DNA from: Octopus vulgaris
Lineage: Eukaryota
DNA: 64,000 nucleotides
Assembly (NCBI GenBank): GCA_951406725.2
Contig: OX597820.1
Coordinates: 67,828,001-67,892,000, forward strand
Reading direction: 5' to 3'
In this document: piece by piece, positions 1-11,382 of the stretch
Layout: each line of letters begins with the position of its first letter
Numbering within the stretch: the first letter of the stretch is position 1
Notes under the pieces: generated by a model
Database searches by the model: none
What the model was told of the DNA's origin: nothing
The model's input: only the letters and a program-made list of their open reading frames with translations
Made by a program: the position numbers and the translations under genes

Positions 1-669
1 CCGAAATTCTAATAGCAACAAAAATTATATGTAAAATGTTTCGTTAGAATTGTTTTGATTTTTTCGTCTAATTCCGTATTTGCTGTGATTATATTCGGAT
101 TAAGATTAAACTCACAAACATTTATTTTATAGTATTAATAAGTGGGCTATGCATTGTACCATCAAAGTTTTGAAGATGAACATTCTAAATAATATTCTAC
201 TTGTGATGCCTAATATTATCATTTGAATTGAACATTGGCCTACAAAACGCTTGTGAATTATTAATGACCCGTAGGGACACCGTATTTCGTTATGCAAACA
301 TAAAATATTACAAAATATATTAATCGCTTTCATAAGTCAATATTGTGTTCTACTGTGTTAGCAGTGCTCTAACATCACTTGTTAAGGTTGTCTCTACAGA
401 TTTTCTATAGAAATTATACCCAGCACTGATATTGTTCGGATTTGAAACGTCGTAAAAAAAATCGGTTCTGGCTGTAATTTCTTTGAAAATCTGTTGAGAT
501 AATCTTAACAAGCTTGTGAATTATGTAACCATTTTTCGCTGCATCGGTTCATGGTACGAATTTAAAGCTAGTTCAAAAAAAAAATCTGACCACAACACTG
601 TTTTATTAATCAATGGAAGAGCACATTGTTTGTGGATGGATATGGACGTCGATTATTCAATCTCAAAAA

Positions 670-890
670 GGCGGCGAGCTGGCAGAGTTGTGAGCGCGCT
701 GGGCGAAATGCTTAGCCGTATTTCGCCCATCACTACGTTCTGAGTTCAAAATTTCGCCGTGGTCGACTTTGTCTTTCATTCTTTCTGGGTCAATAAATTA
801 AGTACCAGTTGAGTGCTGGGGTCGGTGTAATCGACTCTCCTCCGCCTCCTCTAAATTTCAGGCCTTGTGCTTATAGTAGAAAGGATTATT
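670..890 (+). mobile_element. tRNA-derived SINE family B (monomer)
   Basis: Head GGCGGCGAGCTGGCAGA...GAGTTCAAA with A/B-box-like motifs. Near-perfect TSD GATTATTCAAYCTCAAA at 651-667 and 884-900. Confidence 0.85.
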
Positions 891-1835
891 CAACCTCAAA
901 GGCTGATTTCTACGTAATATTGATTTTTACGTTAAATATTGTAATAAACAGTCATAATAAAATATCCACACCGAAAATTTTACAGAAATAAATAAATAAA
1001 ATTAAAATTTTCAGTAAACAGACAGATATAAGACATGTTTAATGACATATCAGGAGTAAAAAGTGTAAAGTAATAAAATATATAATGAAAAGCTCTTTTC
1101 AAATATTTAAAATATATTTCACCAGAATTTTTTAATACAAAATTGCTCATATTTTAAAAATTCATTGTTCTATTTGCAATAATGTTTTCATTTGTATAAA
1201 TATATTTGTTCGTTATTTCATTATTAATTTAAAAAATTTTTTCAAAAAAAAAAAAATTTCAATTAGAGCATTTATCATTTTTGAATTTTAGGAATGTTTA
1301 TATTCCAGTCATTGTTATTTTCTTTTAATTACAGATTAATTATAAAGAAGAGACGAAAAGATTACACCAACGTAAAATAACAACTAAATATTAAAACCAC
1401 AAATATCAAATGAAAATGATACATCGAAGACACACAGACTATACAACATTCTAATTTTTTTTGCACTCCCTTCCTCTTTTTGCACAAGATAATTATAGGA
1501 TTTAAGAAATTATGTGTTATTTAGTTTAAAAAGCAAGCGGAGTGAGACATCATAATTGCCAGGCGAGAACGATTTGGACAGTTAATTTCTAGTTTGTTAT
1601 CAAACATGAAAGTTCCTTTAACTTTTATATAACCGAGAACATACACAAAGAAATCATGTAATACAATTTTAAGCAATCACTTTCCCGCCACCCCCAAACT
1701 TTCAGCTGTTTATTTTCGTCCAGTAGGATACCAGCCACAATTATTTATACATTTCTCCTTCTATCTTTTTCGTCATGCAGACATACATACATGCATGCGT
1801 ACATACATACATATATACATACATATATACATACA

Positions 1836-1897
<62 letters not shown>

Positions 1898-1964
1898 CAT
1901 ATATATAAAAATACACACACACAAACATCTATCAATCTATTTTATATATGTAACTATATACGTA

Positions 1965-2040
<76 letters not shown>

Positions 2041-2064
2041 CTATCTATCTACCTACCTACCTAC

Positions 2065-2146
<82 letters not shown>

Positions 2147-2215
2147 CTTTGTCTGTCTCTCTCTGTCTCTCTCTCTGTCTCTCTCTGTCTCTCTCTGTCT
2201 CTGTCTCTCTCTCTG

Positions 2216-2286
<71 letters not shown>

Positions 2287-2448
2287 TGTATATATGTATG
2301 TCTGCGTGACGAAAAAGATAGAAGGAGAAATGTATAAATTATAGTGGCTGGCATTATATGTACATATATATATATACCTACACATGCATACACACACATG
2401 TCCAGACCACCAGCCCTCTTTCACACGCACCTACATACTCTCTTATAC

Positions 2449-2765
2449 ACACACGCACCTTTGTGTTGGGAGCTCCTTCGTTTTGGGGGTCATCTTACCT
2501 TGTTATCTCCCCTACTGACCATTTTCCTCCTCCCGTCTGACCATTTTGTCCGAGTCATACGCCATGATAGATCGTTAGCCACTACACACATTTTTTTCGC
2601 TCCTTGTTTCTCTCTTTGTTTTTTTTCTGTGTACCTTTCTGTAGAAGAGCGTAGGCTCGAAACGTAAAAGACTTTTTCTATTCCTGAGCGCTATACTAAT
2701 ACATCTGTTTGTTTGTACACCACCTGTCTTCGTCTTTTGTTCTTTTTTTTCGTAAACTTTCCCTA
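2449..2765 (+). mobile_element. Penelope-like short repeat (pLTR-like) carrying a minimal hammerhead-like motif at 2635-2670
   Basis: CTTT-CTGTAGA-A-GAGC GTAG GCTC-GAA-ACGT-A-AAAG. Homologous to 31225-31392 and 48742-48900. Confidence 0.65.
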
Positions 2766-3100
2766 TATATGTATATATACTCGTGTGTGTGTGTATTTAT
2801 ATAAATATATATATAATAAGAAAAAATATATATATACGTACATTCATATGTATGTATATATACGTACATTGCTTAACGTCGGACATATGACATATGAGTG
2901 CTCAATAAATGTAGCAGATATAATTCTTTTTATTTAAAACTCAAGATGGGAGTTTGTCTCGCGACACGTTCACTACAATTTTCTGACGAGTTTCTGATGA
3001 TTGCAACCGTGTGAAACACAACTCTCAGCTTCAGTACATATATATGACTGAAACAAGTAAAAGAATATATATATATATATACCTACACATACATACACAT

Positions 3101-3333
3101 TTCTTTAAAATGAAACTGGATCTCTTCTTGTCAGGTGTTCCAGATTAACCAACTTCACGGCAGGAGGTGCAGATGAGGGCAGGTGCATCGAACTCTCTCA
3201 TGCACCAGATGGCATTTGCTAAAAAGCATTCGTGAAGTAAAATCATGTAGCAACACCAAATGGCGGTGCCCCAGCATGGCCACAGCTTGTGGGCTAAAAC
3301 TAAATAAAATAAAATAAAAAAATAATAAAATAA

Positions 3334-3342
<9 letters not shown>
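3101..3342 (+). mobile_element. 3' end of a CR1-like LINE (ORF2 C-terminus + 3'UTR + A-rich tail)
   Basis: Translates [35 protein letters not shown]...*, resembling the FK..LD.FL..VPD.P...SNSL C-terminus of CR1-group elements. Ends in (TAAAA)n. Confidence 0.65.
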
Positions 3343-3364
<22 letters not shown>

Positions 3365-3500
3365 CACATGCATGCATACATACATATATATATATGTATA
3401 TATATATGTATATATATATGTATATATATATATATATAGTAATAGTATATATATATATATATATAGTAATAGTATATATATATATATATATATAATAATA

Positions 3501-3534
<34 letters not shown>

Positions 3535-3643
3535 AAAGGTAGAGATAGAGACTATCTCTACCTTTCATTATATAGCTAAATTAAATTATATATCTTTGTC
3601 GTCTTGTCAAATCGTTTGTCTCCTCCATATATATATAATCCAC

Positions 3644-3723
<80 letters not shown>

Positions 3724-4148
3724 CGCAGGAGTGGCTGTGTGGTAAGTAGCTTGCTAACCTCACTGACAGAAGAGTGACTTTGCCTACCGTACTACGGTTT
3801 GGACGCGTTTTCTTCCCGGTAAGAGTTTTGCTGAGTTGTTAATTGTTGAATTCCTACTACTGAAAATTTGCCTTTAAACGTTGCTGAACTGTCTTGTTCT
3901 CCGGTTTTACCGGGAAATAATTGAATAATTTCTTACCGTTGAACTGTTAGCCACTGTGGCTTTTTATTTACGTGACTATATATAGTCCTGCCAGACTATT
4001 TTCGTGCCCCTCCCCCGAATGGGGGTGGGAATTGGAATTTTTTAACTGCTTTTTTGAACTACTTTGGAAGAAAAACTTTCTATAGGTTTCCCAGTTTTGT
4101 GGGAAACCAATATTCGTAATTTTTGTGTTGTCTAATTTCAACAGAATA

Positions 4149-5550
4149 ATGTCTGTTGAAATTATTCACGAAAGTAGTGCTCTTGAGGAGAGCAATGTTA
4201 AAAATTTTTCTGAGGTAGCCGCAGTGGCTACCGAGAAGATTGACATCGATGTCAACCAGCTCGTCGAGCTATTTAAAAGAATGCAAGAGGAGGGTGGTGA
4301 TGTTAAAATATCACCCTCCGCCAGTATCGTGGAGACCGAGAAGCGGACCGTAGTGTTTAAAACTTTCTGTCCACAAAGCAGAAGGTTCAAACACTTTGAA
4401 AAAAGCACCATCGAGAAATGCCTATCCCCGATTTGGAAGGACATCGTGTACGTCGCCAGGGGACGGGCATATGGCACTGTGGATGTCCGCTTCTCGGGGG
4501 AAGAAATGGCCCGCGGGCATTCTGTGAACCCCCTAAAAACCAAGGAGGTGGTACTTTTTCCAAGCTATAGGGGACGCAGGTCGTCCCGGGTCAGGATTGT
4601 AGAAGCCCCGCCGGACGTAGATCCGGTAGAGGTAGTGGCCGCCCTGTTATATAAAAGGGCGGACAAAATAAAAATACTAGAAGTAACATGCTCTACCCCT
4701 CGATTTTGGCTCGGGCGTAACATTAATATATTAATTCAAGGAACAGCGGAGGACCTGCAGCTCCTTCCTGAGAGGGTGCTCGTGGGCGAGAACGTAGCCC
4801 TCAGGGTACAGGTCGAAGGCCGAAAACCCACCTGTTACGCCTGCAGCAAAAAGGGCCACATTCGTGTAGACTGTCCAGACAAGCAAAAGAAACCGCAGAC
4901 ACCAGGTCCCTCAGATAATAAAAAAGTCCCTACCCTTGCAAACACACCTACCCCTACAAAAACAAAAAATCCCACTCCTGCTGTTACGGTGCCAACCCCA
5001 AAACAGACTGAAGAAAAAACCCAGCCCTCGCACTCACAAACCCCTACACTATTAAAACCTCCCACCCCCTAAAAACTGCGGCGCCTACCGAACAAACTAT
5101 TGCTACCACAGACGATACCATGGAGGTATCAGAGGGGGATTTACACCAGTTCGTAAAAGAATTCGTGCAGCATCCCCGTCCACATCCCCTACAAAAAATA
5201 ATAAAAACAAAGACACACCACAGACACGGAAAAAAAAATCCCGCTCAACTGGCCCAGAAAAAGAAGACAAAAAAGAAAATGAACTCATATTAATTGAATT
5301 CGACACACAAGACAAATACATAAACGATATTGTGGTTCAGCATCAGTCAGCAAGACTGTACAACAAATACAAAGATCGAAATAGACACGCGTGGATTGCG
5401 GAAACAACGTTCAAACAATTAAAAGACAGACACCCAAACGCCATCCGGCATATCGCGAACTTGCCGGACTACCTGGAGAAAGAGGAGAAAGAAGGGGCCC
5501 ACAAACGTGTGGTGAGGTCGGCCCCCACCTCTCCAACGAAATGTAAGTAG
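4149..5550 (+). CDS. Tx1-type ORF1 (gag-like nucleic-acid-binding protein), apparently frameshifted near 5065-5072 and 5133-5140
   Basis: ATG at 4149; CYACSKKGHIRVDC (CX2CX4HX4C) zinc knuckle, then a P/T/K-rich linker. The first frame stops at 5072, but compatible sequence continues in shifted frames to TAG at 5550, 16 nt before ORF2. Confidence 0.8.
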
Positions 5551-5566
5551 AACCTTTACTTTTGTA

Positions 5567-8500
5567 ATGGCTTCGCTTAACCTTGGTTGTTTAAATGTGC
5601 GTGGTCTGAGTTCGAAGTGGAAGCAGGCTTGTTTCCTCGACGACCTCAGATCACATGATATACATGTGATGGTTGCTACAGAGACCAAGCTGGACAGCCT
5701 ACAAACCTTCTCGCCTCTCCTGAATGGCTACGAGAAAATCATGTCTCCTGACCAGACCGGAGGGCGAGGGGGCGTAGTGGTACTGATCCGTAAAGACTTG
5801 GCTCTACAGACAAGTACAGTCTATGTAGACCCAGAAGGTGGGCTGGTCGTCCTTGATGTGACATACAGCAGTAAGGCCTTCAGGTTGATCGGACTCTATG
5901 CACCTTGTGCTAGAGGTTTCCAAACTGATTTTTATCGGCGCCTAGAGGGCTTTCTCGTGACGTCGAAGACTTTAGTGATATTAGGGGACTTTAATGCTAT
6001 CGTTGACGTACACATCGATAGCGTTGGCTCGATCTATAGGAAAGTGAACTCACGTCTCGTGGATCTGCTTAAGCGGTTTCAGCTAGCAGATCGTTACAGA
6101 CTTGACCATCCGAACGTCCCAGAGTGGACCTGGATGAGTGGCGACGGAAGGTTCAAGTCTTATCTAGACAGGATAGTGATAAGAACTAGAGATATGTCTA
6201 GTTTTAGTTGTCCACAGCTCGTCCAGGTGCCCTATACTGACCATAGAATGGTCACGTGTAGACTGGACATAGATAGCACACTTAAGATAGGAACCGGCTA
6301 CTGGAAGCTGAACAAGTCTATTTTGACACGCGAGGCATACCGTAGCCGGATTAAGGTGTTAGTGCAGAGGGCGTTAACCGGAGCCGTGGTTAATAACCGG
6401 TGGTGGTTCACCCTCAAAAGAGCCATTCGATTCGAGTCCATTAGATTTAGTAAACAACTAAGACTAGATAGGGCTAGAATAGAAGGGCAACTAGTTAAGA
6501 ACTTAGAGGAGGCGTTGAGGTTGGGCTCTGCATCTCACATTTTAGCGGCGAGAACGGCATTAGACCGTCACCTCAAAACCAAACATGAGGGATGTAGAGT
6601 CCGGGCTAAAGTACGAGCATTGGGCCGTGAGGGAATTAATGTTGCCGGATGGGCCCGTACGATAGAAACACAGCGTGGAAACGATGCCACAATTGGGTCT
6701 CTTGTTGATGAAAACGGATGCACGATCAAGAAGCGGGACGAGATGTGTGAGGCACTCCACAAGCACTTCGCCGAGTTGTTCGGGAGGTGCGGGACGCTGG
6801 ATCATGGTGAGGCCCTTAGGGACTTCCTGTCTGGTGGCCCGCGCCTCTCGACACGAGAGGCTGAGTGCTGTGAAGGGCCAATCACAGCCGAGGAAGTAAT
6901 CGAGGTGTTGGGCAAGTGCCCCGGGGAGAAGTCGCCGGGTCTCGATGGTCTGCCCTATGAATTTTATAGAAGTATGCCAAACTTGTTCGGGCACCTGCTG
7001 GCTAGCGTCTACGCCAACTGGCAGCAGAATGGGAGAATTCCCAAGTCTGCGAGCCGGGGGGCGGTGACCTTTATCAGGAAGGACCCGAACAAGGGGGACG
7101 AGATAGGGAACTTCAGGCCCATAACTCTGTTAAACACAGAGTTAAAGATTCTGGCCAAGGTGCTAGCAAAAAGGTTGGCGCGGGTCGTGGACAAACTTGT
7201 CGGGGAAGCGCAAACGTGCGCTATCCCCGGCAGAACGATCCACGACAATCTCCACCTTATACGCTACTCCTTAGAGAGGGTGGGGAAGCTTTCTGGCGCA
7301 GGGGGAGCACTGGTACATTTAGACCAGTCCAAAGCATTTGATAGGGTCGACCATCGGTACCTGGCGGCGGTCCTCGGAGAGGCTGGCCTAGGCCCGACCT
7401 TTCGAGGTTGGATCGCTGCTTTGTATAGCGACATCGAGTCTGTAGTCAAGGTGAACGGTTCCTTTTCGAAGCCGTTCAGGATCGAGCGTTCAGTTCGTCA
7501 AGGGTGTCCCCTGTCCTCGCTCCTATACGTATTGGCTCTTGAGCCTTTGCTGCGGAAGTTGGAGGCACTAGGGGGCGCACCGCATGATCTATGGTGTGGA
7601 AGAGGAGCTACGGCGTATGCGGATGACACCTCCATCATCGTGGCAGACGAAGGCCAGCTTCCAGTGGTGGAAGAGGCCATAAAAAGCTACGAGGCGGTGG
7701 CAGGAGCAAAGGTTAACAAGGACAAGTCGGTCGGTTTGCAACTCGGCACCTGGAGGGGCAAGCCGATGCCGTCCAATAACGTCGTAGGGCGTTGGACGGA
7801 AGGTCCTGTTAAGCTGCTCGGAGTCTGGTTCGGGCCAGACCTCCAGATTGAGAAAAATTGGAGTGAGGTGGCCAACAAGGTGACCGCTCTAACCCAGACC
7901 TGGTCTGGGCGGGCGTTATCCCTGCTAGGGAAGGCGGAGGTGGTGCAGATGTTTATAGCATCAGTAATCACCTACCGTCTGACCGTGGTGCCTTGCCCCG
8001 ATTTGTGGCTGAACAAGTTGGAGAGAATCCTTTTCCGATTTTTGTGGAAAGGAGGAAAGCCACTTGTAAAGCGCTCTGTCTGCTGCCAGAAACCGCTAAA
8101 GGGTGGGCTAGGGATGCCTTGGCTGAGGATGCGAAAACTCGCGTTAAGGTTGAGGCACCTCTGGCTTTACCTGGATGGAGAGCAGGTGTGGTCGCCGCAC
8201 GTCCGGTTCTACCTTCCCCAGTTAACATCCCTAACGGACATCGGTGCATGGATCAAGCGGAGACCTAAACTGAGTGAATGGCATTTGGAGTGCCGTCAGG
8301 CGCTCCAGCTACTATCTCGGGTGGGCAACGCCGGCAACAGGAGTTCCACCACGGATTTCTATAGCGGGTTAGTGGAGATTAAGTCCGAAGACGCCTTGGG
8401 GGAGACCCTGGGCTACGATGAAAATCAGTTGATCAACCTGTTCCGGAGGACGTTCGGGCCGGGGTATCTGGATAATTACCAGAAATTCCTAGCCTGGCAG

Positions 8501-8968
8501 TGTTTCCGTGCGGCTTTACCTGTTCGCGACAAGCTGTCAAGGCACGGTAGTGCCGTCTCGCCGACATGCCCGCGATGTGAGCAGGATAGGGAGACCGTCT
8601 TGCACGCATTCGTGGAGTGTCCGGAGTTATCGGGACTGATAGCTTTTGTAGAACAACTGTTGTCAGTGATGGGAAGAGTACAGCTATCAGCTGAGTCTAT
8701 CATCGAGATTGTGCCGCCCCCTTTCCTTAACAGGGAAAGAAAGGCTTGTTTTTTCTGTGTAGTAGCCATACTGAAAGAAACAGTATGGAAGACGCGTACG
8801 AAAGGTATAGTGACAAGCACCTTTGTCTCCGGTCAGGGGTTGATTAACTTTTTTAGTTACCACCTCAGTAGCAAAATCAGGCTGGAGAAGAGGTGTCTGT
8901 CACGAGATATGTTTGTGAAAAGATGGAAGCCTGTGGCATACAAGATGGGTATGTTTGGCACCAGGTAA
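5567..8968 (+). CDS. Tx1/L1 ORF2: apurinic-type endonuclease + reverse transcriptase + C-terminal CCHC domain (1133 aa, uninterrupted)
   Basis: APE motifs NVRGL, TETK, GDFNA, SYLDRI, TDH; RT motifs KSPGLDGLP, FRPITLLN, DQSKAFDRV, VRQGCPLS, YADD; C-terminal CPRC..ETVLHAFVEC. Confidence 0.97.
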   Translation: MASLNLGCLNVRGLSSKWKQACFLDDLRSHDIHVMVATETKLDSLQTFSPLLNGYEKIMSPDQTGGRGGVVVLIRKDLALQTSTVYVDPEGGLVVLDVTYSSKAFRLIGLYAPCARGFQTDFYRRLEGFLVTSKTLVILGDFNAIVDVHIDSVGSIYRKVNSRLVDLLKRFQLADRYRLDHPNVPEWTWMSGDGRFKSYLDRIVIRTRDMSSFSCPQLVQVPYTDHRMVTCRLDIDSTLKIGTGYWKLNKSILTREAYRSRIKVLVQRALTGAVVNNRWWFTLKRAIRFESIRFSKQLRLDRARIEGQLVKNLEEALRLGSASHILAARTALDRHLKTKHEGCRVRAKVRALGREGINVAGWARTIETQRGNDATIGSLVDENGCTIKKRDEMCEALHKHFAELFGRCGTLDHGEALRDFLSGGPRLSTREAECCEGPITAEEVIEVLGKCPGEKSPGLDGLPYEFYRSMPNLFGHLLASVYANWQQNGRIPKSASRGAVTFIRKDPNKGDEIGNFRPITLLNTELKILAKVLAKRLARVVDKLVGEAQTCAIPGRTIHDNLHLIRYSLERVGKLSGAGGALVHLDQSKAFDRVDHRYLAAVLGEAGLGPTFRGWIAALYSDIESVVKVNGSFSKPFRIERSVRQGCPLSSLLYVLALEPLLRKLEALGGAPHDLWCGRGATAYADDTSIIVADEGQLPVVEEAIKSYEAVAGAKVNKDKSVGLQLGTWRGKPMPSNNVVGRWTEGPVKLLGVWFGPDLQIEKNWSEVANKVTALTQTWSGRALSLLGKAEVVQMFIASVITYRLTVVPCPDLWLNKLERILFRFLWKGGKPLVKRSVCCQKPLKGGLGMPWLRMRKLALRLRHLWLYLDGEQVWSPHVRFYLPQLTSLTDIGAWIKRRPKLSEWHLECRQALQLLSRVGNAGNRSSTTDFYSGLVEIKSEDALGETLGYDENQLINLFRRTFGPGYLDNYQKFLAWQCFRAALPVRDKLSRHGSAVSPTCPRCEQDRETVLHAFVECPELSGLIAFVEQLLSVMGRVQLSAESIIEIVPPPFLNRERKACFFCVVAILKETVWKTRTKGIVTSTFVSGQGLINFFSYHLSSKIRLEKRCLSRDMFVKRWKPVAYKMGMFGTR

Positions 8969-9830
8969 GTGTGACCGGATCAGAAAGTAAAGGTTCTACC
9001 CGGATGGCTGGGTGTCCGTCCTTCGACATGATCATTAATATTTTTAAACATTGCCTTCGCAAAATTCATTGTTTATAATCTTATCCGTAATTTCATTCGA
9101 AAATTGTAACTGTGTTAAGCTACTTCACCCTTTATATTTGTCTGTCCTTGTTTGTCCCCTCTTTGTAAATGCCTAAATGGCAAATTATATGAAATAAAGT
9201 AGCTTGCTAACCAACCACATGGTTCCGGGTTCAGTCCCACTGTGTGGCATCTTGGGAGAGTGTCTTCTGCTATAGCCCCGGGCCGACCAATGCCTTGTGA
9301 GTGGATTTGGTAGACGGAAACTGAAAGAAGCCTGTCGTATATATGTATATATATAAGTGTGTGTGTATATGTATGTGTGTCTCTGTTTGTCCCCATAGCA
9401 TTGCTTGACAACCGATGCTGGTGTGTTTACGTCCCCGTCACTTAGCGGTTCGGCAAAAGAGACCGATAGAATAAGTACTGGGCTTACAAAGAATAAGTCC
9501 CGGGGTTGATTTGCTCGACTAAAGGCGGTGCTCCAGCATGGCCGCAGTAAAATGACTGAAACAAGTAAAAGAGTAAAAGAGAAAAGAGAGTAATATATAT
9601 ATACATATGCACATACATAAATACATACATGTATATGTATATGTATATTTATATACATGTATATGTATATCTATACAGGTGGTAAGAAGTTCGGTCTTAT
9701 TGCGTTGCACCTTGGGCTGACTAAAGCCTTGTGAGCCCCAGGCTGACCAAAGACTTGTGAGTGGATTTGGTAGACGGAAAGTTAAAGAGAGAAAGCTACT
9801 ATAGAAGGCTCATAGTATAATGACTGTATA

Positions 9831-10116
9831 TAATATATATCATAATGATATTTATTCTCCGATTTTAAAGCGACAATTTTTAAATATAAACAAATGACCG
9901 AAAAACGACGGGCTAACCTCACGCCGAATCGAACTCCCAAATCGACGCTTTCATGGCTTCTTGCGAATCTGATTGGCCAGACGCAAGGAGCCATGAAAAC
10001 ATCGATTTGTGAGTTCGATTCAGCCTGAAGTTAGCTCATCATTTTTCGGTCATATGTTTATATTTAAAAATAGTCGCTTTAAAATCGGAGAATAAATATC
10101 ATTATGATTTATATTA
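9831..10116. mobile_element. ~285-bp fold-back palindromic element (MITE-like)
   Basis: Arms of ~135 bp are reverse-complementary with about a dozen mismatches. The centre contains TCTGATTGGCCAGA. Confidence 0.75.
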
Positions 10117-10125
10117 AATACAGAG

Positions 10126-10166
<41 letters not shown>

Positions 10167-10225
10167 CATGTATGTATATACATACACACAAATAGGATAA
10201 GTAGATAGACAAAGAACAATAAGAA

Positions 10226-10287
<62 letters not shown>

Positions 10288-11382
10288 GTTCACTTCACGA
10301 ATAGATATCAGTTGAAATAGTAACACTCAGTTGTATTTTAGTTAAGAGATTGCATTTTATTGTAATATGATCTTTCAGTGAGTAAACAAAATTTTAATAT
10401 CAATAATATTATATGTTTTCTGTTGCTATTATTGCTATATATATATATTATTTTGCTTCCATTAATGAAGCTGCTACTATTGTTGTTTATGTTGCTGTCA
10501 CACATGTTTATGTTAGTGTTACTCTTGTTTAAAATCGAACACTGCTTAGATGCAGGAAACAGCATATCTGCCTTTCGTTGTACAAAGAAGCTCTTCTCGT
10601 ATACTAAAAAGTGTTGGATTTCTATTTCAGCAAATAATATAAAACTACGTCACTGACAATGGAATCGACTCTTAAGTGATAGCATCGACATTTTTACCTT
10701 ATATGGATTCTTTGGGTTGCTATTGGCTTGAGGTCTTGTTGGAGAAACAGCAGCGATGCTATAGAAACTCTTCAGCTGCTCGCTAGGCTGGCAAATCGTT
10801 TATTGAATTGCAAATATTATTTCCAGTGGCTATAGTTTCTTCAAAATATGCGATTAGGTCAGCTTGACTTAGAAATAAAGGTATAGTTTTATAGTGATTT
10901 TCCTCTTTTATAGATTTACATAGCGATAAAAAAAAATCAGAGAGAAGAAAAAATATTCGAATGAGTTTTTCGGATTAGGAAAAAGATATAAGTTTATGTA
11001 TGGAGTTTTAGGATTTAGCTTTGAAGGAAAATGTTCGCATTAGTGTGCACCCACGTTAAAGTTTAATAGCAATTTAAATTCATGATTTTCTTTAAACTTA
11101 ATAACAATGCCAGGGATTAACAGAAAGGAGTATTTCTTGTAATATCATTTAGATTTTACCATGAAATTCGCATGTTGTCGGTCCATGATGGCGTTGCAAA
11201 TATTAACATTATAAAGAGAAAAAAATAAAATCTCATAATTATATGTAAATAATTGTCTCTAACTTGGGAGCAAGACCTGGAATTTGTGTGAGAGGTATAA
11301 CCAATCATATCAATTCCAGAACTTGACTGGTACTTGGTTTTACCGGCCTTAGAGGAATGAAAAGCGAACTAATAGCATAAAT

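Larger units (their letters stand above)
3760..9196 (+). mobile_element. Full-length Tx1/L1-clade non-LTR retrotransposon inserted in a tRNA-derived SINE head
   Basis: 5'UTR + ORF1 (CCHC knuckle) + ORF2 (APE-RT-CCHC) + 3'UTR ending ...GAAATA(AA). Flanked by the identical 16-mer AAGTAGCTTGCTAACC at 3744-3759 and 9197-9212. The flanks rejoin into a normal SINE A copy. Confidence 0.95.
3722..9590 (+). mobile_element. tRNA-derived SINE (family A) split by the Tx1 element: head 3722-3759, remainder 9197-9590
   Basis: GGCGCAGGAGTGGCTGTGTGGTAAGTAGCTTGCTAACC continues as AACCACATGGTTCCGGGTTCAGTCCC...GACTGAAACAAGTAAAAGAG, matching intact copies such as 32191-32603 (-). Confidence 0.92.

Noticed and set aside
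1335-1395. Terminal coding exon after the acceptor-like TTTTAATTACAG
   Set aside because: Only 14-19 codons with no recognisable homology; cannot be supported from sequence alone.
2983-3030. CTGACGA/CTGATGA...GAAAC hammerhead candidate
   Set aside because: Could not form convincing stems I-III.
6560-8820. Antisense and alternate-frame ORFs inside the Tx1 ORF2
   Set aside because: Expected shadows of a GC-richer coding region; no motifs.
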